Origin: Basidiobolus meristosporus CBS 931.73
Lineage: Eukaryota > Fungi > Basidiobolomycota
Reading direction: 5' to 3'
Length of the DNA: 64,000 nt
Assembly (NCBI GenBank): GCA_002104905.1
Contig: MCFE01000260.1
Coordinates: forward strand, 46,589 to 110,588
The position numbers were made by a program, and so were the translations under genes. Shown in pieces: positions 12,168 through 27,142 of this stretch (positions are counted from its first letter, which is position 1; the number at the start of each line of letters is the position of its first letter). The notes beneath the pieces were generated by a model, which did not search any database, was not told where the DNA came from, and saw only the letters and a list, made by a program, of their open reading frames with translations.

Positions 12168-14195
12168 CCCTACAAAAAATTATTGAGATGATCCTGTCAA
12201 AAGGCCATCACAAAGTTAATGTCCCATGACTGAGAGGTACTGATCTTGTCAGGACTCCGTCCAGAGACCGTTGAAAAATAATTGCACCCCAGATTTCACA
12301 AAAACTTCGTCAAAATTTTCCATCACAACAATGTATAAGTGGCTTTTGATTGGCTCCCTGCCAATTTGCTCACTTTCTGATCCCAGACACTCTATTGCCT
12401 CCTACGTTTGTGTGAATTGATTGGCTATTGCCTCTTTTTCACACTCCTTACTTCCTGACTCAGCTGTTTCTCTTACTTTTCATGCGTACAAATTGATTTA
12501 TTTCTGTTGAAACTTCAGTTGTACCTCAATTGCCAATTGTATTGACCTATACAAGTCTCTATACCCTACACTAAGATTAAGCCCAACCCCACACTCAACA
12601 AGTAACTCCATTAGAATCCACCACTCAATAAGTATTTCTGATGTAACGCTCTGGTCCCACAACTTTGGCGGGAACCCAACTGCCTTATGTCACTTTTCAT
12701 TCACTGGTTCCCACACGTCCTGGTCTTCAGCTGGCACTGTAAGGTCTAGCTCCTCATCTGGCAGTCTTTGCAATAAATCCTTGCAATATTCCAGTGCATG
12801 TTCTTGAGCACTGCTCTTGAAGAAGTGCTGCAACCTCTTGGTGTGCCTATTAATGTTCCAAAACTCCACTCAAGGCATTGCGATAGTCTTTCAAGCTCTT
12901 GACATTGTAGCCTTGTCTGTCAGTGGGATCTCCACTCTGTCAACAATGGAGGCTGTGGTAGAAAAATTGCTTTCTTCAGCAAACTCATCTACCTTGCCGG
13001 AGTGTAGCTCAAGTGGCTGCGCTTCCAACTCTTGTGAAAACAGCTGTTTTCTTGTTGGTAATTTTTCTTGGTTATGATGGGATTCAGTCTGTTCCTGGAC
13101 TGTGGCGTTAATTGGCAAGAGCTGCAGCTTTTTTTCATGCCTCCCTGTCTTAGGCTTGGGTAGACATTTTTCCCTTTACCTTTTCCTTTATCACTGCCAG
13201 GTCTTTCACTACTACTTTGTCTGAGTGCTTCTTGTAAAGAATTACATTTTCTCCTGGATAAATTCTGCTCTGACTCATCTGTTTTGGCCTACTTGTCCCT
13301 TGCTGGCACTCTTTGGGCAGCCTGACGTTTCTTTTCAGCTTGTTTTGAGCTCTTGACTGTAGTTGTGACGGGCTCCTGTAAAAGCTGCTGGTTTTTATCA
13401 CTGCCAGGTCCTTTACTGCTACTTTGACTGGGTGCTTCTTGAGTGCTAAATACCAAGAAGTTCTTTGCCAATATTCAGGAGGTATTCATGGCAGAAGTGG
13501 CAACAACCAAGCATATGTTTGCAAGATGTATATGCTACCAGCAGTACAAGGTATATGGCAACTTTGCAAGTATCACACTAAAAAGCCATAAAGTTGAGGT
13601 GATAGAAGTATGTCAATTGTGGCAGGTGTGCACATTTGTAGAGGTTAGTAAGCAGGAGGCCATAGTATTTTTTGATTCAAACTATATGTGGAATACCCAA
13701 GGTAGTAGTGGGTAAGCAAATAAAGAAAGGTGATTCTACAGTGGAATATATGTATTGCACAAGGGGAGGTAGAAAAGGGAAATACCATTTGGTAAATTAG
13801 TACGGTAGCATTATACATAACCAGCGGCAGGCTGTCATACTGCCGTAAAAAAAAGCCATCAGAGTCTTGCTGTGAGGCTGTCAAAATACCGTCAAGTTTC
13901 TTGCCATATAAGGCAATTGGAAGTCCTGGCCAACTGGATCCACTTAAAATAGTAATAGAGCGCTGAAAGACCGTAACAATAACATGCAAATATTGTCACA
14001 GCACCAATCAAAAATTGTCAAGTTTTATCCCTTTATTTGGCTGAAAAATTTGCAAAACACCGTCATGATCTTGTTATAAGATCATCAGGAGGGTCGCTAA
14101 TTTCAAGCTGCTGCTATTATGACAGTCGCTGAATGGGATCTTGACGGATGATCCTGATTGGATCCACCTGCGGGACCAAATTATTTTTCATAGGG
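12168..14195 (+). mobile_element. CACTA-like element with CCCTA TIRs and a 3-bp TSD (TAC), inserted in ORF2 of the second Pangu-like copy
   Basis: Starts CCCTACAAAAAATA and ends TATTTTTCATAGGG. TAC at 12165-12167 and 14196-14198. The flanks rejoin to match ~9200-9230. ORF 13443..13715 is homologous to 4530..4763. Confidence 0.88.
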
Positions 14196-14867
14196 TACTT
14201 GTCTTGTTATATATCTTCTTACATACATTGGCTGGCATCTTGATGTAGAACTCATGCCACAGCTTTCTACTCAAATTCTTCCATCTTTGTTGACTCTCCA
14301 AGGTATCTAGTTCTGCTAGATTAATCAGCAGTGCCCAAATATCTGTATGAAGGCTCATCATAGACACTTGGGCCATACTAAAATCATTTGGCAAGAACTC
14401 AGACAGATCCAACATTGACTTTTCCGGTCCAGACCACACTTGTGAGCTGGGGGATGGGTTTTGTCAGGGTTGTACTAAAGATGAGTTGAGACTTGGTATG
14501 GGGACCATAGCAATCAATTTGTATACTTATACAGCAGTATATTGGCATCAACCTGGTCTTATATGAAATATATATGAAAACTAATGTGATTGTTGAATTT
14601 TCCATATATTATGCATGATGCATCTTGGATTGCGTTGACTTGGATCAGATCACATCAATTGCAGATGTCCTATTTGATTATAGACCTATGATTAAAGCAT
14701 CAATAAAAGTACCAAGGCATTGTTTGCGGATGATTTTTGCAACAAAATGATGGGATAAATGGCAATTGATGGAGATTTAATCATAATGCATTAAAAATCT
14801 GATAAATAACACAGATTGCGCCAAATTAGCTCAAACCACCTCCATACAATCATCCACCAATTTTAAT

Positions 14868-15752
14868 ATGAATTACTCCTCTGAATGGTCTTTTCTCATC
14901 AATCCCATCACTGCCACTGGATTTCCTTTTGACACACTAGAGAAGATCTATTCCAAGTACTGTGGACCATCAACCCCAGTCTACTCAAGGAGATCCCTTG
15001 TTAAGCTTCTCTGCAATTACAAGAACTATTGCCCCACAAGGTTTCATCCCACCATCCATGGCAACAAAAGTCCTAGAAGCTTTCATTCCCAGCTGACAGC
15101 AATGGAGAACCACCTTGCAGAGTGTATGAATGACTTGGAGCAAGCTTGGAATACTAGACTCAGAAGCTCCAATAGACTTCCATATCCCAGAGTGTTCAGT
15201 AACAGGTTCCATATAAGGAGTATTTTGAATACCTTCCCAGTGAGGATTAACAGACCTTCTAGAGGGCAGAGGCACTTTTATTCTGGCAAGTACAAGGCAC
15301 ACTGTGTGAAGTTTCAAGCACTGTCTCACATTGAGGGTGACATCATCTGGTTTAGTGGGCCATTTGCTGGAAGTAGGCATGACAAAGCACTCTGGGCAGA
15401 GAATCCCCCTGAATTCATTAGGGGGGAGAAATGTATGGCAGACTTAGCCTATATAGGAGAGGATTGTCACAGATTAGGATGTATTACAGCTTATAGGAAG
15501 CCAAGGAATGGTGTGCTTAGCAGGAAGCAGAAGCTCTACAATGGGATATTTAATCATTTCAGAGTGAGGGTAGAGCACACATTTGGATATCTGAAGAGAT
15601 TCAGCATATTGGCAGGTAAATACAGAGGAAAGTCATATATAGGAGAAACCAGCAGAATAGGTAAAATAGTTAAGATACTTATTAATGCACAGTATGCTAA
15701 TACAAGAAGACATCCACTGAGAGAAATGTGTCTGGAGCATTATGAAGAGTAA
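14868..15752 (+). CDS. DDE_Tnp_4-type transposase, copy 2 (294 aa, full length, first catalytic Asp changed to Asn)
   Basis: Same motifs as copy 1, but ILNTFPVR in place of ILDTFPVR. Confidence 0.92.
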   Translation: MNYSSEWSFLINPITATGFPFDTLEKIYSKYCGPSTPVYSRRSLVKLLCNYKNYCPTRFHPTIHGNKSPRSFHSQLTAMENHLAECMNDLEQAWNTRLRSSNRLPYPRVFSNRFHIRSILNTFPVRINRPSRGQRHFYSGKYKAHCVKFQALSHIEGDIIWFSGPFAGSRHDKALWAENPPEFIRGEKCMADLAYIGEDCHRLGCITAYRKPRNGVLSRKQKLYNGIFNHFRVRVEHTFGYLKRFSILAGKYRGKSYIGETSRIGKIVKILINAQYANTRRHPLREMCLEHYEE

Positions 15753-15935
15753 ATAAAGCAAGTAAAGCACTATTCTGAGCAACATAAATAAGATTGAGTA
15801 AAATTACCAGTAACTGTATCATACCACTGGCATCATGGTAGAAATTATAGTGCCAGATAGTGCCATAGGGTGCCAGATTGATCCGGCACTATAAACAGGC
15901 TGGCACTATGTGGCATTATCCAACAGAACAAGTCT

Positions 15936-16690
15936 AGTAAAAATTTTGAATTTCATCACAGAGCACATACCTGGACTTGATCAGCTTCTTTGCTTTGATG
16001 TTGTAGAGTCTGTATGCTTCACTCTCATTGCAGTAGCCCAAAAATATGCATTTTACACTTTTTGGCTCAAATTTTGACTGATTTTAAGACAGTTTTTTGG
16101 CATATGCTTCACACCCAGACTTTCTTAGATGTTCTGCACTTGGTCTGCATCCATATTGTGCTTTATATGCAGTAGAGTCACAAAGTACTCTGACATAAGT
16201 CCTATTCTTAAGGCACACAGCTGTGGCAACTAATTCTGCCCAAAAGTCATAGGATAATTTTTGATCATGGATTATAGATCTAGCCATTTCAATTATTGAT
16301 CTGTTTGAGCATTCTGCTACACCATTTTGCTCTGGGGAGTAAGGTACAGTAATATCTTGTTTTATGCCATGAGTTTTGCAGAAGTGGATGAAGAGTTTTG
16401 AGGTATATTCTCCACCATTGTCAGAGTAAATTTTCAGGATTTTTTCACCAGTTTCTCTCTCTGCCATGGCTTTAAGCTCCCTGAGCTTGGACAGAGCTTC
16501 TTCCTTTCTCCCCATGAAGCAGACCCATCTGTATCTTGTAAAATCATTAATAAAAGTGATTGAATATTCCATCCTGCCTAAGGATACATTTTGCATTGGT
16601 CCACACAGATATGAGTGAACTAGATCTTGTTTTTTCTTAGTTTTGATTAGCCCAGAGCTCTTGAACAGTTGTCTGACTTGTTTCATCAGA
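15936..16690 (-). mobile_element. Copia integrase relic (continuation of 5651-7548)
   Basis: HSYLCGPM, YSDNGGEY, PEQNGVAE and FWAE motifs. Same family as 62870-63600. Confidence 0.92.
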
Positions 16691-17096
16691 GTCTTACTGT
16701 GAGGCCGTCAAAATACTGTGAAGTCTCTTGTCATATAAGGCAACTGGATGTCCTGGCCAGTTGGATTCACATAAAATGGTTGTAGAGTGCTAAAAGTTAA
16801 ATCTCAAGTTGAAGGGGAGTGTTGAAATATTGAACTATGTGGTGTCATTCAGCAGCTGAAAGTTTACTTAACAATTCTGGACTAGTCTTTGTCTCTGTGG
16901 GACTAATTTGCACTCTCAATTTTGCCACTTTCTTTCAGAACTATGATCCTATTATTATTCCCCTATAGTCTAGATTAAATAAGCACTTTTACCAAACATT
17001 ATATACTAACCTTAAAACTATTACAAAATGCTCCAGATTGTTAAGAAACTCTCCTTACTTAGTACTACAGTTGTATTACTTCTACAAGGATATAAA

Positions 17097-17444
17097 TGTA
17101 GTGAAAATTTATAATTCCACCTAAATATTCACCTAACTTAGTCACTTATTTCATCACCTTCAAATATCAGAGAATACAGACCATAATCCTTATTGGGATT
17201 AACTTAGAATATCTCCACAAAAATATCAGGTACCCAGAATATGGAAATTCTCAGAGTTTTACAAACAGCCCCAAACTTTGCACACATGCTCTTGGCACCT
17301 TCCCAAACCTTTTCTATGCGTTTGTTATGCCAAGACCATGCAAAGTATAAATACTAATTATACATTTAATAAATTGTTAGGTGAAAACCACATAATCTAC
17401 TTGTTCTCACAATCACTTCCAATATCTCCAAGACTCTTACAACA
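17097..17444 (+). repeat. Copia solo LTR with a 5-bp TSD (ATAAA)
   Basis: TGTAG...ACAACA, homologous to 61105-61454. ATAAA at 17092-17096 and 17445-17449. No PBS follows. Confidence 0.9.
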
Positions 17445-17449
17445 ATAAA

Positions 17450-18215
17450 TATGCAACTTCTTTATGAATATACAACAGTTCAAGTATTATCATTATTTCT
17501 TGATAAGTTCCTTATATCAAAACACTTCTTAAATTGCAATAGTTTCATCATGCTTTACAAAATTGCCAGCTTCATCCCAGATTATCTTCTTGATTTCTTC
17601 ATCCACCTCATTGAGAATGGCTTGGTTCTCCAAGTACTTTGGTGATAGGCTGGGCCAATCTGATTCATGCACCAAGTTGAGTTGTGCAACTTGTTCTAGT
17701 CTTGATAAAGCATCAGTAACTGTGTAGTTTTTCTGAGGGCAGCAGACAATCTCCAAGTCAAATTGCTGAATGTATTCACTCCATCTTGCAATTCTTCTGG
17801 ATAGTACCTTCTGATCAAATACATACTTGAGTGAGGCATGATTAGTCTTCCCAGTGCACTTAACTCCTTCAATGTAGCATCTCCAGGTCTTCAGGCAGTG
17901 TATTATGGCAAGCAGCTCCTTCTCATGCACTGGATAGCTTTGTTGTGCTGAGTTCAGATTCAAAAGCAACTAGGTAGCTCTTTCCCTCATGTTCTTGGCC
18001 CAGTACTCCACCAATTGCATCCTCTGAAGCATCTGTGCACAGAGTAAACTTTTCTCTGAAGTTATGTATTCTTAGGCTTGGCAGCTTAGCAAGTTAATTC
18101 TTGAGCATCTGAAAGGCAGTCTCACAGGCTATGTCCACTTTATGGTGTTGTCTTTCTTGAGGATATCAGCTAAAGGGGCTGCAATACTTTCAAAGGACTT
18201 GACAAATTGCTTTAA
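17450..18215 (-). mobile_element. Second Gypsy RNaseH fragment (same family as 1-560)
   Basis: [21 protein letters not shown]...DALSR. The nucleotide sequence matches the window start. Confidence 0.9.
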
Positions 18216-18843
18216 CTTAAGCCTGTATCAAAGAACTCCTAATACTTGATTTCAAGAAAATTAAGGATGTAAACAATCAAGTAGAAATCCAACTGTTCAT
18301 GCCAGAACTAAGCACATATATATTAGATATCATTTCATATATGAAGCTATAGAAAATAACTTAGTTTACCTAGCTTACTGTCCTACAGATGAAATGATTG
18401 CAGACATACTTACCTAACCATTGGCTAGAGACAAATTTGAATATCTTAGGTCAAAATTAGGACTAGTCAGTATGAACATTTAGTTGAGTGGGAGTGTTGA
18501 AAAAGTTTGTGACTCCACCTAAATACTCACCTAGCTTAGTCACTTGGATCATTACCTACAAGTCTTAAAGAATACTGACCAAATTATTTGTCAGGATTTA
18601 CTTAGAACATTTTCACCAAAATACCAGGTACCTAAAACATGAAAATTCTCAAAGTTGTCCAAATAGATTCAAACATTGCACACATGCTCTTGGGACCTTT
18701 CAAAGTCCTTTCTATATGCTTGTAATGCCAAGATCATGTAGAAGTATAAATACTACTTTTACATTCACTTAATCATTAAGTGAGAACCACATAATCTACT
18801 TGTTCTCCCAATCACTTCCATTATCTCCAAGACTCTTACAATA
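18216..18843 (+). mobile_element. Copia 3' end: RNaseH tail, PPT (18482-18494) and 3' LTR (18495-18843)
   Basis: RTKHI...YH...MIADIL...KFEYLRSKLGL, then AGTTGAGTGGGAG followed by TGTTG and LTR-family sequence. Confidence 0.85.
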
Positions 18844-20172
18844 CCAATAACCATGAAAAAGCTTATCTTGCCTTATGTGCAAAACCTCAGAATCTGGAAC
18901 AGGTAGTGCAAAGTCCAGAGGCCAGAGTTTAGGACTCATAACCTGCTGTCAGTGTTTTGGGGATAAATGAAGTTATAGGGGGAATAAGTAAATTATAGGG
19001 CTTTCAACTAATGACTTATTGAATGCAAAAGAAGTATTGATACATTTACATAGCCTTGGCAAAGCTACCACACTAGCTTAGAAAGGTCTCAATAGCATGT
19101 GTGTGGAGTTTGGGGCTGTTTGAACAGTTTTGAGAAATCTTATGCCTAGGTTACTTGATAATTTGGTGGAAATACTCAAAGTAAATTCTAACAGGGATTT
19201 TGGTTGGAATTCTCTAAGATTTGTATGTAATGATATAAGTGAACTAGTTGGGTCAACATATAGGTGCAATGCTAAATTTTTCAAAACAAAGCTCTGCATA
19301 CTTTGTGCACATGCACTTTGACACTCTCTAAGCATTTTATGAGTGCTTGCTCTGCCATGCCCATGTAAAAGTATAAATAGTACATTTACATTCCATAAAT
19401 GATCAAGTGAAACCACATCCTTTATTTGTTCTCTCAGTCACTCACAGTGCCTCCAAAGCTCCTTCAGCACAAGACAAGTAAACTAGCTTCCTAGATACAT
19501 TCTTGTTAGAGCCAGCTGGTTACTAGGTTTAGTATCAGCTAGTATATCAATTCTGGAGCTATGGCATTTAAGAATGACAAAAATACCAGCAAAATTTCTT
19601 ATGAAATCCAAGTTTCAGATTACTCATAGGGTGCCATTAGAATGCTACTTAAATTTTGGAAGAAGTGCGTGTATAGTTAGGAGTCTGTGGACACTGTCAG
19701 ATCTATTTTGGCAAATTGGCTAAATTGAGTGAGGAGTGGGCGGTTCAAAATTGTTCTAGTTGATAAGATATGAACCAAGTATGCAATCAAAATGAATGAA
19801 TAGGCAGTAAACATTTGGAATGGTATATACACTTATGTCATATGCATATTAAAATATTCTTCTAAAGATATCCGCCCTTTGTTTGCTATCCTATCATTAG
19901 CACTGGCAAGTTGTGCGTATTGTACAACCAGAGTAAACGGAGAGCATTTCATCTACTGAACTTCAAGTAGTGTGCCAAATGCAGCTAATTCCAAATCGCT
20001 TATTTGAATTGATTTATCATTAAACTGTGTATCTAATAATTTCGACAATCAGAATTTTGTAGACACATTCCAGGCCATGTGAATGATTGACGAAAGAGTC
20101 AATGTAACCAGCTTTTTATAAGTTAGACATATTTTCAACCCTACCTGTTGTCATTCAGCTGGAATCACACCA

Positions 20173-23606
<3,434 letters not shown>

Positions 23607-23931
23607 AGGCCTTCGATCGTCAACCACCATTCCTCTTGTCACATAGAAACCATTTCACCTGATCAACAATAAACTTAGAATTCTTGCGTTGGTGTTGCAT
23701 GCGGGTTCCCAGAAATAATCTGTTCTTTATTGGATGAAGTCGCCAGGTCTCGGCAATCCAGGTGAATCACGTGCCGTACATGTTGGGCTATCTCTTTGGT
23801 GACGATCATACCCAAGACTCAACTGATTTCTTCAGATGCTATGCCAGATCCCCACTATGCCTTACTACGATACTTGCATCTGAGCCAATAGTCACTTTAT
23901 TTACATTTCCATCATAATCATGCTACTCCGC

Positions 23932-25758
23932 TCACTGCCAGAAAAGCGCGGTGACCAACTCGCGAAGCTTGCGTACGTCGTATGAATAGCTCTAGAGTTC
24001 AAAGGAGAGGGTGAGTTGAGTTCCCCAGGAAGATCAGAGTGAGACGGAAGAGTTTACCTCCATGGTATGGATGAATGTCAGGAGCAGCTGCTTAAGCTGG
24101 CCAATCGACTCGGGCTCCTCACAGTTTTGAACACTCTGAACCATTACGGTGACAACCTTGTTGGTGACCATCTCCCACAAACTGTCGATCTAGACCAAGG
24201 GAGGGGGTTATCTACAGGTCCGCGAGGCCCGTCACCGTCATGGAGGTCTACTTACCTCCGAGTTCGAGCGGAAGTTCTGAGTCGAGGTGAGAACAACATG
24301 CTCAATGATGAAAAATCCAGTGATATCATACATGAATGTTTGAATGTTATCGATGTTCCCGGCTTTCAACGAGAAGGAGTTCGTCAGGGCAAGGTTAGCC
24401 TGAGCCTATATTGAGCAAACCTCGTTGAGTTCTCATCGCCCGCCGTACACCGAGCCAGCCCAAAACACCCTACCTTGCGATCCTCGTGATAACTATGTTT
24501 GAATTCCTCCTTCTTGCCTAGTTTCTCATAAATATGGATACATTGGTATAATGGCTTGAAATCAATCTTGATCGTATCGTTGTCGATAGCGTTGGCTAGG
24601 GAAAGAAGCTATGAGCATTCCTGACGAACAGAGCATCTCACAACGAACTCTTACAATCGGCGTTGTCTTCGTCCAGCACAAGTTCGATTACTGGGCTCGG
24701 ATTCTCGGAGCCGAGTGAAGCAGCCTGAACCTTTTCCCTCCATTGCTTCTCACGATTGTTGATCTCGGTCATTGCGTATTTGCCAGCCTGCCGAGAATTC
24801 TCCCGGAGACTTTCGCAAAAAGACGGTCAGCGAGATGGTCACAGTTGCGAAGATTCAATTCCCTCACCTGAATAACCACTCTTTCATCTCCGTGGTTACC
24901 GCGTCTTTGATCTTGTTTTGAATCACCGGTGTACACTCCGCTGAAAACCCCCGCGTTACTAATATGCCTGGAAATGGGGAGCCGAGGAGGACTTGAACTT
25001 ACCGATGTACTTCGCGAAATCATAATGGCTCACTTCCTGTAGATGGACGTTCTGCAGTTCCTCGAGAGTCTATGGATTCATATTGAGAAGGTGCCCAAAG
25101 AAGCCACCACTAAACTGGAGCACTTACTCTCAGGGCAGGATAGTACTTATGCTCATCAATCTGTACATTCACTCGGTTGGCCAGGTTCAATATATGGAGG
25201 CACGTCTGGAGAGTCTCAATCGCAGTATCGATGTTTAGCAACACTTTGCGTGTCTCGATAAGTTCTTTTTTCTGGCGCAGATGATGAATGGCTGTAAACG
25301 AAACACTTCGAGAAAGTCTCCGGGCATACCTGTTCTATGATGCTACTCCCAGCTTGCTGCAACTCGTCGTTGAACCCGACAATTTTGTTTTTTAGACTCA
25401 CAGTCCCTTGGCGTACCTTCAACAATTGGTCGACGGATTGAACAAATTCCTATAAAGCCAACCGTTGGCCACCACTAGAGAGGAGGTAGCAGTAACAAGT
25501 GAAAGCTACCTGATAGTGTGAATTGCACATCTGCTCAATCTCCCTTTCTTTCTTGATAATAAAGCTGGTCAACTGCTCCAGGAAAGTTTCTTGCTTTCCA
25601 GTACGATAAATGGTTTGAATAGTGGGGCCTAATTGATCCAAATTTTCAACCTCAGTAACCCCTTCAGAAAGGAGGTTTATCTGCTGTAAGGGGAGTCGTT
25701 CATTCTCAGTCATGACTGGAGGGGATGTAGGAACTGCTAGCGAAGGATTGACTGTCAA
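23932..25758 (-). pseudogene. SEC15: Exocyst subunit Sec15/EXOC6 homologue, N-terminal ~400 aa only (apparently truncated)
   Basis: KKEREIEQMCNSHYQ|EFVQSVDQLLKVR, KIDFKPLYQCIHIYEKLG, GFFIIEHVVL, IDSLWEM, YDVRKLRE. The frame then reaches TGA at 23932-23934, with ~320 bp left before the U2SURP stop. Confidence 0.8.
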
Positions 25759-27142
25759 GTTGGTTATTAGCCACGAACGTTCGAATTAGCTATGTATGTA
25801 GCACTGGTTGAGGCTAACAAATCAGATACAAGAACGAATTTCGGTTATCTATTAGCATCTAATCAATATAGCACTCGACGTTGTGAACACCTGAAAGATG
25901 TTTAAAAGGTGTCCTTAATGATCATGATCATGATCATGTATTCTACAACACTTCAACCCGGGTCTGCTCGGATTTGGATACGTTCTCATAGGACCGATGA
26001 ACAAAAAATGGGCACGTCACTTCCCAGTGACCTTTCAGAATATATACACACTACGAATTGTGGACAGTCACAGAGCAGAGCCGACCATGGTATCTAACAA
26101 GGCTCGTTAGTTGACATCGAAAAACCCGATCGGATCTTCGGGATCCATAGATCTAGCATAGTAGTATGTGGAATGGCAGCAAGATCAACAGCTTTCTTGG
26201 CATCACAAACATCCGGATCGTTTGATAACCACAAAATACAAAGCCTCAGGTACGAATGAGGTCAAATAGAGCAGTTACGCGGATGTTACCCCCACAACGG
26301 CAACCATAACCACTGCTGTTCCTGACTGTTGCGGAGGTGCATTCTCAATGTAAGCGTACATCCACATACTCCATACCGTGTATCTGCGAAAACGAACCTG
26401 AAAACCAAACTTTAATAGTGAATAATTATTTCCCTTAAATATTTCATTCGATGGGGGACTCTTGGGATTATGGAATGGGAATTGGGATGGGTTGGGGATG
26501 GGAGGGATCATTGAGAGAAATTCCGTTCAGTTCTTGTTAAGGTTAAACTAGCGACAAGCTATGCGTGCGTGATCACATGAAGGGCTCGCAGAAGCAATTC
26601 TAGGATGTGCAGAAAACAGATGTGTACAGAGAGAAGTTAGAGCTGCGAACATATCACAGGCTGTGTGTACAGGTTGAAAGCCAATATCAGATACAGGATG
26701 GTCGAAGTAATGAAGGACACCAGATAGCAAGCGGATTATATACATTTTTGTCAATGTGAAGGAGGCGATATCCCGTAGATATTTTTGGTTGAAAATGTTC
26801 GAATCTTCTCTGATGTGGCGCCCACAGGTCTCCGTGGACAGATCGACTTGGCTTTCAGGAATCATTCCGCATCTAAGAGTAACGAGAATATACTAGGGAA
26901 AAAAGAACCTTCAAAATGATCTACTATCACAACAAAGAGTGAAACTTCAAAACAGCGGACAACGATAAAAAATAAGGATGCGATAAGGGTGCTGAGGAGC
27001 AGGATTAGACAGCAGCCAGGTTATTACCTGAACGACAAGTAGGCACAAATGGCACTAGGCGTAAGTCAATGCCAACCATCAGCTATGGACATAACACCGG
27101 GGAGATGAGGGAGTGGTGCGGTGCTATGTGCGGTTTCATGAA

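Larger units (their letters stand above)
7549..15935. mobile_element. Composite PHIS-superfamily (Pangu-like) DNA transposon: one left TIR, two right TIRs, AGT target-site duplication
   Basis: Left end AGACTTGTTCC at 7549. Right ends GGAACAAGTCT (to 12003) and AGAACAAGTCT (to 15935). AGT at 7546-7548 and 15936-15938. The Copia flanks rejoin colinearly with the copy at ~63590. GGCACTAT/GGCGCAAT subterminal repeats. Confidence 0.85.

Noticed and set aside
25930-26870. Possible small Cys/His-rich spliced gene (YGCRCGG; ADTRYG; CCRIHDHDHDH*), considered as DPH2, DPH3/4 or GFA
   Set aside because: No splice model joined the motifs, and the required second motifs are missing.
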